Positions 33,097 to 43,272 of a stretch of DNA of 64,000 nt are shown in pieces. Origin of the DNA: Flavobacteriales bacterium (GTDB lineage Bacteria; Bacteroidota; Bacteroidia; Flavobacteriales_F; PHOS-HE28). The stretch's first letter is position 1. Each line of letters opens with the position of its first letter. The stretch lies in the NCBI GenBank assembly GCA_046329115.1, contig JAXLVG010000001.1, positions 61,287 through 125,286 of the forward strand. Direction: 5' to 3'. The notes under the pieces were generated by a model that worked only from the letters and a program-made list of their open reading frames with translations, had not been told where the DNA came from and searched no databases. A program made the translations under genes and the position numbers.

Positions 33097-33122
33097 GAAA
33101 GCCCCGGTGACGGGGCTTTCGA
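33097..33122 (+). terminator. hairpin terminator after gyrB
   Basis: AAAGCCCCG-GTGA-CGGGGCTTT followed by a weak U-tract. Confidence 0.45.
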
Positions 33123-33298
33123 GCGTTCATCGGTGGTGCCTGGCTTCTGTCCATTTCCGGTGATCGGGTCAACCCGTGCTCGAGATCGCTGACGCGATCA
33201 ATGGGCCACGTGCCTTTCGTCAACTACTAAGCTTTTGATCGCTGCGGTTGATGTATCTTGCTCATATGGGCAACGCGTGCTGTTACCTACGTGGCCTA

Positions 33299-33919
33299 AT
33301 GTCAAGGCGAATTCGGAGCCTGGCTAGCGGTGCGTCCATTTGGTTCGTGATCTCATTCGGCATCTGCGTCTGTGCATGTCGGAAGGATCCATCACCCCCG
33401 CATGATCCTTGTCTCGATCTGGTCGATTGGGTGCTGCCTGCCGATCGTACACTTGATCTTGGGTATTCCCACTATTCGCATGATGACATCTATCTGAAGG
33501 GGCCTGCGTTCGAGTATCTATCGTGGGTTACTTGGTCCATACATCTCTCGTCGGACTGGTACCCTGCACCCGGTGATCCCAACGAGTTCTACCCTATGGC
33601 CACCGTCTCCAGTGGAGATTCGATCGGTCTGGTCAGGATGCAGGATCCATCAGCCTGTCTGGATGGGTGGTCTGTAGGCGATACGATACCGGTGTTCTCT
33701 GCTTTGGATAGTTATGGGCGCCTGCTCGATGGATACGGGGAAGGATGTCACTTTGTAGAAGGCCGGTCCTATATGGGTTTTGTAGAGATCATCGATGGTC
33801 ACAAGTATGTCGGCTATGTTGAGTTTCAGAAGCAGTATATCGATGGTGGCCGTCGGTGGTCGATCGTGCAGGTCCGACAGGCCTCCTGCCCCGAGACCGA
33901 TCTGGTGATCGGGGAATAG
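33299..33919 (+). CDS. hypothetical lipoprotein in a low-GC islet
   Basis: MSRRIRSLASGASIWFVISFGICVCAC signal plus lipobox. The region is about 52% GC against about 68% in the flanks, and the protein is Tyr/Trp/Asp/His-rich. Confidence 0.45.
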   Translation: MSRRIRSLASGASIWFVISFGICVCACRKDPSPPHDPCLDLVDWVLPADRTLDLGYSHYSHDDIYLKGPAFEYLSWVTWSIHLSSDWYPAPGDPNEFYPMATVSSGDSIGLVRMQDPSACLDGWSVGDTIPVFSALDSYGRLLDGYGEGCHFVEGRSYMGFVEIIDGHKYVGYVEFQKQYIDGGRRWSIVQVRQASCPETDLVIGE

Positions 33920-33972
33920 CCTGCTCCGATGAAGACGTGTACCTGGTTCATGCCAGGGACCTTGCAGAAGGC

Positions 33973-36900
33973 CTACTTCAGCAACGTCACGTGCCCGATC
34001 AGGTCGTGCTTCTTGCGGGTGATGAGGTCGCGGAAGTGGAGCTTCCAGGCGTAGACATCCTCCTTCACCAGTTCGCCGCTCATGCGCCCGTCCCACGTTT
34101 CGCCCACGCGGCGGCTCTCGAAGATCAGTTCCCCCCAGCGGTCGAAGACGAGCAGGTCATAGTCCGCAACGTTCTGCGGGTTGTTGAACACGGGCCTGAA
34201 GCCCTCGTTCATGCCGTCGTCATTCGGTGTGAAGGCATTGGGCACATGCACGATGAGCTCCCCCAGCACCACGACCGGATGACAGGTGGTGTCCACGCAA
34301 CCGTTGGCGTTCATCGCGGTCAAGCACACGGTGTAGGTGCCATCGAGCACATCGGGGAAGGTGAAGGACGGCTCGCCTTCCGTGGACGCGCCCAGCCCGG
34401 CGAAGTCCCAGAAGAAGCTTGTGGCGAAGGCGCTCTGGTTCATGAAGTCGACCGACGTGATGCCGGTGATCACCGTGTCCTCCACAGCCGTGAACGACGC
34501 GATCACCGGCGGTGGTGAGGCCACGGATGCGGTGGCCGAGGCCAGGCACCCGTTCGCGTCCTGCATCATCAGCATGTAACTGCCCGCACACAGTCCGGCG
34601 AACGCAGGCGTGCCCTGCCAGGTGAGGCCGCCATCCGCACTGAACAGCACACCCTCGGTGTCCACCACGGTGGCCGTACCGTCGCACTGCCCGGGGCAGA
34701 GCTCGTCCGTGGCCAGCACCGCGTCGATCACCAAAGGAGGCGGTTGTCCGATGGTAAGCTCCACGAACCCCTTGCAGCCAAAGGCATCGGTGATGATGAC
34801 ATCGTAAGCCCCGGCGCACAGCCCAGTTGCGCTCACGTCCGTCTGTCCCGCCACACCGCCGCTCCATTGGAACGTGTAGTCCGGTGTACCTCCGCTTACC
34901 TGAAGCGATGCGCTGCCATCGCAGGAACCATGGCATACCGCATCGGTCACGGTCGTGGTGGCCTGGATCGCCGGCGGCACGCTGACCACCACGGCGGCCT
35001 GATCGTTCGCACACGGCGCCGTGGCGTTCACCATGTAGGTGTACGTGCCGGGCTGGTCAACGGCCGGATCGAACAGGCCGCCCATGGCCGCGCCCCCCGG
35101 TGCAGACCAGGTGCCACCAGCGTCCGGCGAGCCACCAAGTGCGGTGAACAGGTCGACGGGCGCGCCGTCCGGACAGAGCGTCAGGGTATTGTCCGCGCCG
35201 GCATCGGGTGGCAATACCACTTCGGTGACCACCGTGGCCGTGGCGGCAGCGCACGGTGGAGTGCCGTGGACCATGTAGGTGTAGGCCCCGGACGGATCCA
35301 CCGCCGGATCGAAGTTCGCGCTGTGCGTGAGGCCGTTGAACGACCAGGAGCCTCCGGGATCGGGCGTCCCACCGAGCCATGCAAAAAGGTCCATGACCCC
35401 GTCGGTGCTGCAGAGCACGGTCGCTCCATCGGTACCCGGATCGGGCGGTTGCACAACGGAGATCAGCACCTGGCTGCTGGCGCTCTGGCAGGGGGGCGGT
35501 ACGCTCAGCGTGTAGGTATAGAGGCCCGGCTGCATCGTGGCCGGATCGAACACGCCGCCCTGCACCACGCTCGGGCCGGTCCAGCTTCCCCCCACATCCG
35601 GTGTGCCGCCCAATTGTGCGAAGAGGTCGATCGCGCTGCCATCCGCGCACAGGCTCGCCGCGCCGTTCCAGCCCGGATCCGGTTCCGCCGTCACCGCCAT
35701 CAGCACCTGTGCGCTGGCGGATGGGCAGGGCCATGTGCCCGCCACCGTGTAGGTGTAGGCCCCGGGAAGGTCCGTGGCCGGATTGAAGAGGGAGGTATGC
35801 GGCTGCCCATCAGGACCGGTCCAGGAACCGCCGGGCTGTGGTGCGCCCCCAAGCACCGTGAACAGGTCGCTCGCCGCGGCGCTCGCGCAGAGCACCGCGC
35901 TGCCATCGCTGCCCGCATCCGGCATGCTCTGGACCGCTACGACCACCTGGCTCTGCACGCTCGTGCAAGGAGCGGGCACATCGATGGTGTAGGTGTACGT
36001 GCCCGGGGCCATGCTGCCCGGTTGGAACAAGCCCCCGACCACCGGGCTGGGACCGCTCCATGTGCCGCCATTGTCCGGTGTGCCGCCCAGTTGATCGAAG
36101 AGCACCACCGCACTGCTGTTCGCGCAGAGCGTAACGGATCCATCCGTACCAGGGTCCGGTGCGGATACGACGTTCACAAGGACCGTGGACGTATCGGCGG
36201 GACAGGGTGCGATACCTGGTACGGTGTATGTGAGGGTCCCGGAAAGGTCGACCGCAGGGTCGAAGAGCGCACCGTGCGGTGCCCCGTTGAAGGTCCATGA
36301 TCCGCCACTTTGCGGCGACCCGGCAAGTTCCGCGAAGAGGTCCAGGGCAGGGGAGGACGCGCACAAGGTCACCGATCCATTTCCACCGGCATCCGGGGGA
36401 GCGTGAATGGTCACCAGAACCTCCGCGTCAACGCTTGGGCATGGTGCCGTGCCGGCCACGGTGTACGTGTAAATGCCCGACGCATCGATCGCGGGGTCCA
36501 CTTGGTCGCCGTGGGGGATCCCATTGAACGACCATTCGCCATCGGGGTCGGGGCTTCCTCCCAACAGTGCATCCAGGTCCACGACCGCGCTCGTGGTGCA
36601 CAGGTCCACGCTGCCGCCCGAGCCGGGGTCCGCCGGTTCCACCAGTGCGATCGTCACCGTGCTGCTTGTGCTGACGCACGGTGGTGGCACGTTGATGGCG
36701 TAGGTGTAGGTGCCGGGTGGGTCGTTCGCGGGATCGAAGAGCGCACCGTGGGCCGCACCGTTCGGATCGGTCCAGACGCCACCTGCGTCGGGCGTTCCGC
36801 CGAGCAGCCCAAGGAGCGGGAGCGCTGCAGCGGAACTGCAGAGCGTGGCGTTCCCGGGCAGACCTGCATCGGGGGTGCTGGTCACCGTCATGGTCACCGT

Positions 36901-39900
36901 GGCGCTCGCGCTCGGGCATGGTGCGGTACCGCTGACCGTGTAGGTGTAGATGCCGTTGGCATCCACGGAAGGGTCGAACGAACCGTTGTGCGGCGCCCCG
37001 TTGTAGGTCCATGCTCCTCCGGGATCCGGTGTGCCGCTGAGCTGCGCGAACAGGTCCACCGCAGGACTTCCGGTGCACAACAACAGCGCTCCATCGCCGC
37101 CTGGATCGGGAGGCGACGTGACGCTCACGTTCACCTGTGCGGCATCGTTGGCGCATGGCGCCGTGCCGGTCACGAGGTAGGTGTAAATGCCCGGCTGCAT
37201 CGTGCCCGGGTCGAACTGACCATTGCTCACGGCACTGGGCCCGCTCCAAGTGCCGCCGGCATCGGGCGTTCCACCGAGCTCCGCGAACAGGTCGATGCCG
37301 GACCCCGCAGCGCATGCGCTCAGCGTTCCATCGAGGCCTGCATCCGGAGGGGCCAGCTCGCTCACGGTGACGGTGGCCGCATCGCCCGGGCACGGTGCGG
37401 TACCTGAAAGCGTGTAGGTGTAGATGCCCGGAGCGTCGTTGTCCGGGTCGTACGAGGCGCTGTGGGATGCGCCGCCGACGCTCCAGGTCCCGCCGGCATC
37501 CGGCGTTCCCCCGAGCAGGGCGAAGAGGTCCATGGGGTCGTCCGTGCTGCAAACGGAAAGCGTTCCATCCTCGCCTGCATCCGGCGGTGCGTTCACGGTC
37601 ACTACCACGGTGGCCTGGTCATCGGGGCACGGGGCTGTACCCGTTACCGTGTATGAGTAGTTCCCCGGAGCATCGCTTCCGGGCGCGAAGGAGCCCGCGT
37701 GCGGCGCGCCAGCGAAGGTCCAGTTGCCGCCGGGTTGCGCGCCTGTGAGCGCATCGATCAGCGTTGCCGTGGGCGAGGTGGTGCAAACGGTCAACGCACC
37801 ATCCTGCCCGGCCTCGGGCGGTGCCTGCACCAGCACGGTGACAGTACTGCTCGCGTTCGTGCAAGGCGGTGGCACCGTGATGGTGTAGGTGTAGACCCCT
37901 GCTGCGTCGATCGCCGGGTCGAACATGCCGCCATGGGGAGTGCCGTTCACGCTCCATGTCCCGCCGGCATCCGGCGTGCCCCCGAGTTGCGCGAACAGGT
38001 CGATCGGGTCGCCGCTGGCGCAGACAACGAGCGCGCCATTGGTGCCGGGCTCCGGGTTGTTGGTCACCGAAACGGTCACCAGGGACTGGTCAGCAGGACA
38101 TGGCGCGATGCCGGCAACCGTGTAGGTGTATGCACCGGTCGCATCCGTTCCGGGCGAGAAGGTGTTCCCGTGCGGTACACCATTGAACGACCAGGAACCG
38201 CCGGCGTCCGCGCCCGCAAGCACCGTGAACAGGTCGATCGGCGGACTGCTGATGCACAGCAAGGCATCGCCATCCGCTCCAGCGTCGGGTGGCTGCACGA
38301 TGTTCACTGTGACGGTCGCGCTTTGGCTGGTGCAGGGGGGCGGCGCGTTCACCGTGTAGGTGTAGACCCCGGCCGCATCCACGGTCGGGTCCACCTGGCC
38401 GCTGTGCGGTGCCCCGTTGAAGCTCCAGGACCCACCGGCATCCGGAGTGCCCCCAAGCGCGGTGAAGAGGTCCGCTGCAGCGTCTGACGCGCACAGGGTG
38501 ATCGATCCATCCGTTCCCGGGTCGGGGTCGGTGGTAACGGCAACGGTCACGTTGGACTGATCGTCCGGGCACGGCGTGACGCCGGCGACCGTGTAGGTGT
38601 ATACGCCGGCCGCATCCGTTCCGGGATCGAACGTGCCGCCATGAGGCGCACCGTTGAAGGTCCACGTACCGCCGGTCTGTGCGCCGCTGAGCTCACCGAA
38701 CAGAGGCAATGGAGAGCCACTGACGCACAGCAGCGCATCACCGTCCGCACCGGCGTTCGCTGGTTGAACCACCATGACGGTCACTGTGGCGCTCTGGCTC
38801 GTGCACGGCGGCGGAACATCGACGGTGTAGGTATACACCCCTGCAGCCTCCGTGGCCGGGTCGAACGTGCCGGTGTGGGGCGCACCATTGAAGCTCCAGG
38901 ATCCACCTGGATCCGGTGTGCCGCCCAGGTTTGCGAACAGATCGATCGCGGCAGCGTTCGCGCACAAGGTGATCGAGCTGTTCATGCCGGGGTCCGGGTC
39001 GTTCGTCACCGCCACCGTCACCGCTGATTGGTCGTTCGGGCACGGAGCGATACCCGGAATGGTGTAGATGTACGCACCGGCAGCATCCAGGCCCGGGGTG
39101 AACAGGTTGCCGTGCGGAGCCCCGTTGAGCGACCAGGATCCCCCTGCTTGCGCCCCGCTCAGTTCGGCGAACAGGTCCAGCGCGGGGCCGCTGATGCAGA
39201 GGAGCGCATCCCCATCCGTGCCCGCGTCCGGCGGTTGAACGACGTCGACGGTCACGGTCGCGCTCACGTTCGCGCAGGGTGGGGGAACGGTGATGGTGTA
39301 GGTGTAGACACCCGGTGCGTCCGTTCCAGGGACGAAGGTGTTCCCGTGGGGGGCGCCGTTCGCGCTCCACGTGCCACCCAGGTCGGGTGTTCCTCCCAAT
39401 ACGGTGAACAGGTCGAACGTGCCGTCGCTGGCGCAAACGGTTGTGGTACCGTTCGTTCCCGGATCCGGTTGGGCGGTCACGGTGACATCCACGGTCGCCT
39501 GATCGGTTGGACAGGGCGCCGCACCCGTGACGGTGTAGATGTACGTGCCAGGGAGGTCGCTTCCGGGCGTGAACACATTCCCATGCGTGGCACCCCCGAA
39601 CGTCCACGTGCCTCCAGCTTCCGGAGCGCCTCCCAGTTCGGCGAAGAGGTCAATGGAGGGACTGCTGATGCACAGGATCGTTGCGCCGTCCGCCCCAGCG
39701 TCCGGTTGCTGGTTCACCGACACGATCACCTCGGCCTGGTCGTTGGGGCATGGTGCTGTGCCAGTGACCACGTACGTGTATTGGCCGCCGGCGTCCACGG
39801 ACGGATCGAAGGAGTTGCCGTGCGGGGATCCGTTGAACGACCAGCTCCCGCCAGGCTGCGCACCACCCAGCGACGCGAACAGGTCCACCGGTGTTCCGGA

Positions 39901-42900
39901 TGAGCATAAGGTGATCGAACCATCCGCGCCGGCGTCCACAGGCTGGTTCTCGGCAATGGTGACGGTCGCCTGGTCGTTGGGGCAGGGTGCGGTACCGGTC
40001 AACGTGTAGGTGTACACACCGGGCGTGCTGGTGCCGGGCGAGAAGGTGCCGTTGCTGGGCGCTCCACCGGGATCGGTCCAGGTGCCGCCGGCCTGGGCGC
40101 CACCGAGCAGGGGAAGGAGCGCAGCGGTGGCGTCGTTCGCGCAGACGGTGAGCGTGGCATCCGTGCCGGCGTCCACGGGCTGGTTCTCGGTGACGGTAAC
40201 AGTGGCCTGGTCGTTAGGACAAGGCGCGGTGCCGGTCAATGTGTAGGTGTACACACCGGGCGCACTGGTGCCAGGGGTGAAGGTGCCGTTGCTGGGAGCT
40301 CCACCGGGATCGGTCCAGGCGCCGCCAGCCTGGGCGCCAACGAGCAATGGAATGAGCGCAGCAGTGGCGTCGTTCGCGCAGACGGTGAGCGTGGCATCCG
40401 TGCCTGCGTCCACGGGCTGGTTCTCGGTGATGGTGACGGTCGCCTGATCGTTGGGGCAGGGTGCAGTACCTGTAAGCGTGTAGGTGTAAACGCCGGGCGT
40501 GCTGGTGCCGGGGGTGAAGTTGCCGTTACTGGGCGCTCCACCGGGGTCGGTCCACGCACCGCCGGCCTGGGCGCCACCGAGCAGTGGAAGGAGCGCAGCG
40601 GTGGCGTCGTTCGCGCAGACGGTGAGCGTGGCATCCGTGCCGGCATCCACAGGCTGGTTCTCGGTGATAGTGACGGTCGCCTGATCGTTGGGGCAGGGTG
40701 CAGCACCTGTAAGCGTGTAGGTGTATACGCCAGGCGTGCTGGTGCCGGGGGTGAAGGTGCCGTAAGTGGGCGCTCCACCGGGGTCGGTCCACGCACCGCC
40801 GGCCTGTGCACCACCCAGCAGAGGCAGGAGCGCAGCGGTGGCGTCGTTCGCGCAGACGGTGAGCGTGGCATCCGTTCCAGCGTCCACGGGCTGGTTCACC
40901 GTCACGGTCACGGTGGCTTGGTCGACACCCGGGCAGGGGGCGGCGCCGTTCACACTGTAGGTGTACGTTCCGGGAGCACTGGTCCCCGGGGTGAAGGTGC
41001 TGCCGGCCGTGGCACCGCCGGGTCCGGTCCAGGTTCCTCCCGTCATCGGAGCACCGCCTAGCAACGCGAACAGGTCGAAGGGTGCACTGTTGGCGCAGAC
41101 GGTGATCTGTGCATCGGTTCCCGCGTTAACGGGCGGCACAACGGTCACGGTCACCTGGTCAGTGCCTGTGCATGCGGGATGGCCGGCCTGCGAAACGGTG
41201 AGCGTGTAGGTCGTGGTGGTTCCGGGTGTGGCCGTCGGCGCGGCGATGTTGGTGGCGGAAAGGCCGGTGGCCGGCGACCAGGAATAGATGAAGGCGGGCG
41301 GTGGACCGCAGTCCACCACGCCGCTCCAGGTGGTCCCGTTCGGGAATGGCGGAGTGTCCGCGAACACCAAGTTGCCCTGGCCATCGTACAGGTTGTAGGC
41401 GTGTTCGTTGTTGAACAGCACACTCGGGTAGTAGATGAGCGCGATCGCATCGCCGTGTTCCACATTGATCGTCACCGAGCCGCTCGATCCGTTCGGCAGC
41501 GTCCAATCCTGTTCTACCCCGTTGATCACGATGCCGATCACCGCACCATCCCAGCCGTCGCCGAAGGAGTCCAGGAGGTCCAGCTGATAAGTGCAGGGTT
41601 GTGGCGGAAGGCCTCCGGAGATCACACTTCCGTTCAAGAGGGTGCTGCCGCCCTCGCAGATGCTGGTGTTGGCCCCGGCATCCACCACGATCGGCGGGGT
41701 GATTGTCACCACGATCGTGGTGTCGTAGCTGCAGCCGAAGTCGTCCACCGCATGGTACACGTAGTTGTATGTCCCCGCCGCTGCCTGCTGAAGACAGATC
41801 TGCTCGCAGCCGGGACCTGTGCTCACGATGCCGGGACCGGTCCACCACGTGCTGTCGCAGCCCGCTCCGTACTGCGGTGTGTAGCTGATTGCGTTCGCGT
41901 AGAGCGATGGGTCCAGATCGATGTTCCAGTCACACAGGAATCCGTTGTCCAGCTGCCACATGTCGCAGATGGTCAAGGTCCACAGCCCGTTCAATTGCGA
42001 GCCCACCAGGCCGGTTAGCGGTGACAGGCTTTGGTAGGTGCCCGGAGGAAGCTCCCATCCGAAGCCTGATCCATTGGCGTTCGCATAGGCCGCCATGGTG
42101 CCGTTGGACGACGTGTTGGCGAAGCAGTATTGTGCGCAGGTGCCGGGCTGCGGGTTCGCCTCGTCCGGGTCCACCGGTTGGCCCAGCAGGGTCTCTTGGA
42201 TGATCCCTTGTTGGTGCAGGATGACGGATTGGCCGCTCGGGCTGGTGATGGTGATCACCAGGTCGCCCAGCCAGCTGTGCTCGATGTTCATGCACAGCCC
42301 GAGCAATTGGTTGATGTTCGTCAGTGTGGCGCCCGGAGCGAACTGGGTGAGGTAGAGCTGGGCCTCGAAGCACGAGCCAACGTCGTCCGGCACGAAGACG
42401 CCATTGCCATAGGTGGTCTCCGGCTCATCAACGTACGGTGTCGGGTTCACCACGCCGTCCAGGCAGAGCTGTTCGCCCGCACAACCGGTGGTGCTGCCGC
42501 CCGTGCCCGTGAAGGTGGGGGGCGTGCCCACCCAAACCTGCAGGTCGATGCGGTTAACACTTGCGCAACCGTTGTTGTCCGTGACCGTGAGCTGCACGGT
42601 ATGCACTCCTGGATCCGTGAAGGTGTGGGCGATGGTGGGCACGGCCGAGGTCGTTGTGGTGCCGTCATCAAAGTCCCAGGTCCAGCTGACAAGGTTGTAT
42701 CCCGGTTGAGCCGTGGATCCGCTGCCATCAAAGTTCACCGAGGTGCCCATGCAGACGCGCGCGGGTGCCGCCTGCGTCATGGTGGCGGCTGCCACCGGTG
42801 GCGTGCACGGCTGGAAGCAATGGATGGAAGCTGCAAAGACCCCGGTGCCCGTGTTGTTCGAGTGCCAGACGAACGTGAGGCAACCCGAAGCATTGCCGGT

Positions 42901-43272
42901 ACTGGCGGAGATGGTCTGCCCCTGGAGTGAAGTACCGGTGAAGGAGCCCAGCAAGGGGGCCGCCGTGTTGGGGCCGTCGTAGATGGTCAGATTGTCCACC
43001 GGGGCCACGCCGGCGAGCGAAAGGTTGAACGTGACGAAGGACAGGCTGATGAGGCTTCCGGGGACATCCGGACAGAGGGTGTAGGTGTCGTCCTCGTTGT
43101 TGGTGTACCCGGTGGCTCCCTGCCCACCGCTGTCCAGGAAGGCCCCGGCACAGGTGTTATCGCTGCCGCCCGTGACCAGGAAGGGCTGCGCTGCGATCCC
43201 CAGGGACAGCAGGACACCGGCTGCGACAGCGGCCCATCGGCATCGCCGAACAGGTCTGCCATCCGCGGTCAC
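33973..43272 (-). CDS. giant T9SS type-B-CTD adhesin (about 3099 aa): CUB-like - PKD - proprotein-convertase P-domain - 26x 79-aa Ig-like repeats - SprB repeats - gliding-motility C-terminal domain
   Basis: An in-frame GTG at 43272 gives the signal peptide (V/M)TADGRPVRRCRWAAVAAGVLLSLGIAAQ. The ORF extends further to 43461 without a signal peptide. PKD signature WTWDFDDGTT. P-domain HSWLGDLVITITSPSGQSVILHQ...GLWTLTICD. SprB repeats (CHGSCDGSASLQVSGGTPDYTFQW). C-terminal VPNAFTPNDDGMNEGF...LLVFDRWGELIFE...GHVTLLK. Confidence 0.8.
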   Translation of the reverse strand: MTADGRPVRRCRWAAVAAGVLLSLGIAAQPFLVTGGSDNTCAGAFLDSGGQGATGYTNNEDDTYTLCPDVPGSLISLSFVTFNLSLAGVAPVDNLTIYDGPNTAAPLLGSFTGTSLQGQTISASTGNASGCLTFVWHSNNTGTGVFAASIHCFQPCTPPVAAATMTQAAPARVCMGTSVNFDGSGSTAQPGYNLVSWTWDFDDGTTTTSAVPTIAHTFTDPGVHTVQLTVTDNNGCASVNRIDLQVWVGTPPTFTGTGGSTTGCAGEQLCLDGVVNPTPYVDEPETTYGNGVFVPDDVGSCFEAQLYLTQFAPGATLTNINQLLGLCMNIEHSWLGDLVITITSPSGQSVILHQQGIIQETLLGQPVDPDEANPQPGTCAQYCFANTSSNGTMAAYANANGSGFGWELPPGTYQSLSPLTGLVGSQLNGLWTLTICDMWQLDNGFLCDWNIDLDPSLYANAISYTPQYGAGCDSTWWTGPGIVSTGPGCEQICLQQAAAGTYNYVYHAVDDFGCSYDTTIVVTITPPIVVDAGANTSICEGGSTLLNGSVISGGLPPQPCTYQLDLLDSFGDGWDGAVIGIVINGVEQDWTLPNGSSGSVTINVEHGDAIALIYYPSVLFNNEHAYNLYDGQGNLVFADTPPFPNGTTWSGVVDCGPPPAFIYSWSPATGLSATNIAAPTATPGTTTTYTLTVSQAGHPACTGTDQVTVTVVPPVNAGTDAQITVCANSAPFDLFALLGGAPMTGGTWTGPGGATAGSTFTPGTSAPGTYTYSVNGAAPCPGVDQATVTVTVNQPVDAGTDATLTVCANDATAALLPLLGGAQAGGAWTDPGGAPTYGTFTPGTSTPGVYTYTLTGAAPCPNDQATVTITENQPVDAGTDATLTVCANDATAALLPLLGGAQAGGAWTDPGGAPSNGNFTPGTSTPGVYTYTLTGTAPCPNDQATVTITENQPVDAGTDATLTVCANDATAALIPLLVGAQAGGAWTDPGGAPSNGTFTPGTSAPGVYTYTLTGTAPCPNDQATVTVTENQPVDAGTDATLTVCANDATAALLPLLGGAQAGGTWTDPGGAPSNGTFSPGTSTPGVYTYTLTGTAPCPNDQATVTIAENQPVDAGADGSITLCSSGTPVDLFASLGGAQPGGSWSFNGSPHGNSFDPSVDAGGQYTYVVTGTAPCPNDQAEVIVSVNQQPDAGADGATILCISSPSIDLFAELGGAPEAGGTWTFGGATHGNVFTPGSDLPGTYIYTVTGAAPCPTDQATVDVTVTAQPDPGTNGTTTVCASDGTFDLFTVLGGTPDLGGTWSANGAPHGNTFVPGTDAPGVYTYTITVPPPCANVSATVTVDVVQPPDAGTDGDALLCISGPALDLFAELSGAQAGGSWSLNGAPHGNLFTPGLDAAGAYIYTIPGIAPCPNDQSAVTVAVTNDPDPGMNSSITLCANAAAIDLFANLGGTPDPGGSWSFNGAPHTGTFDPATEAAGVYTYTVDVPPPCTSQSATVTVMVVQPANAGADGDALLCVSGSPLPLFGELSGAQTGGTWTFNGAPHGGTFDPGTDAAGVYTYTVAGVTPCPDDQSNVTVAVTTDPDPGTDGSITLCASDAAADLFTALGGTPDAGGSWSFNGAPHSGQVDPTVDAAGVYTYTVNAPPPCTSQSATVTVNIVQPPDAGADGDALLCISSPPIDLFTVLAGADAGGSWSFNGVPHGNTFSPGTDATGAYTYTVAGIAPCPADQSLVTVSVTNNPEPGTNGALVVCASGDPIDLFAQLGGTPDAGGTWSVNGTPHGGMFDPAIDAAGVYTYTITVPPPCTNASSTVTVLVQAPPEAGQDGALTVCTTSPTATLIDALTGAQPGGNWTFAGAPHAGSFAPGSDAPGNYSYTVTGTAPCPDDQATVVVTVNAPPDAGEDGTLSVCSTDDPMDLFALLGGTPDAGGTWSVGGASHSASYDPDNDAPGIYTYTLSGTAPCPGDAATVTVSELAPPDAGLDGTLSACAAGSGIDLFAELGGTPDAGGTWSGPSAVSNGQFDPGTMQPGIYTYLVTGTAPCANDAAQVNVSVTSPPDPGGDGALLLCTGSPAVDLFAQLSGTPDPGGAWTYNGAPHNGSFDPSVDANGIYTYTVSGTAPCPSASATVTMTVTSTPDAGLPGNATLCSSAAALPLLGLLGGTPDAGGVWTDPNGAAHGALFDPANDPPGTYTYAINVPPPCVSTSSTVTIALVEPADPGSGGSVDLCTTSAVVDLDALLGGSPDPDGEWSFNGIPHGDQVDPAIDASGIYTYTVAGTAPCPSVDAEVLVTIHAPPDAGGNGSVTLCASSPALDLFAELAGSPQSGGSWTFNGAPHGALFDPAVDLSGTLTYTVPGIAPCPADTSTVLVNVVSAPDPGTDGSVTLCANSSAVVLFDQLGGTPDNGGTWSGPSPVVGGLFQPGSMAPGTYTYTIDVPAPCTSVQSQVVVAVQSMPDAGSDGSAVLCASAAASDLFTVLGGAPQPGGSWTGPDGQPHTSLFNPATDLPGAYTYTVAGTWPCPSASAQVLMAVTAEPDPGWNGAASLCADGSAIDLFAQLGGTPDVGGSWTGPSVVQGGVFDPATMQPGLYTYTLSVPPPCQSASSQVLISVVQPPDPGTDGATVLCSTDGVMDLFAWLGGTPDPGGSWSFNGLTHSANFDPAVDPSGAYTYMVHGTPPCAAATATVVTEVVLPPDAGADNTLTLCPDGAPVDLFTALGGSPDAGGTWSAPGGAAMGGLFDPAVDQPGTYTYMVNATAPCANDQAAVVVSVPPAIQATTTVTDAVCHGSCDGSASLQVSGGTPDYTFQWSGGVAGQTDVSATGLCAGAYDVIITDAFGCKGFVELTIGQPPPLVIDAVLATDELCPGQCDGTATVVDTEGVLFSADGGLTWQGTPAFAGLCAGSYMLMMQDANGCLASATASVASPPPVIASFTAVEDTVITGITSVDFMNQSAFATSFFWDFAGLGASTEGEPSFTFPDVLDGTYTVCLTAMNANGCVDTTCHPVVVLGELIVHVPNAFTPNDDGMNEGFRPVFNNPQNVADYDLLVFDRWGELIFESRRVGETWDGRMSGELVKEDVYAWKLHFRDLITRKKHDLIGHVTLLK
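34990..41150 (-). repeat. array of about 26 tandem 237-bp (79-aa) intragenic repeats; copies 2-5 (about 39.96-40.93 kb) are nearly identical at the DNA level
   Basis: Recurrence at 237-bp spacing of gtgtacacaccgggcg... (40011, 40248, 40485, 40722, 40959). The protein repeat is DAGTDATLTVCANDATAALLPLLGGAQAGGAWTDPGGAPSNGTFTPGTSTPGVYTYTLTGTAPCPNDQATVTI. Confidence 0.85.
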
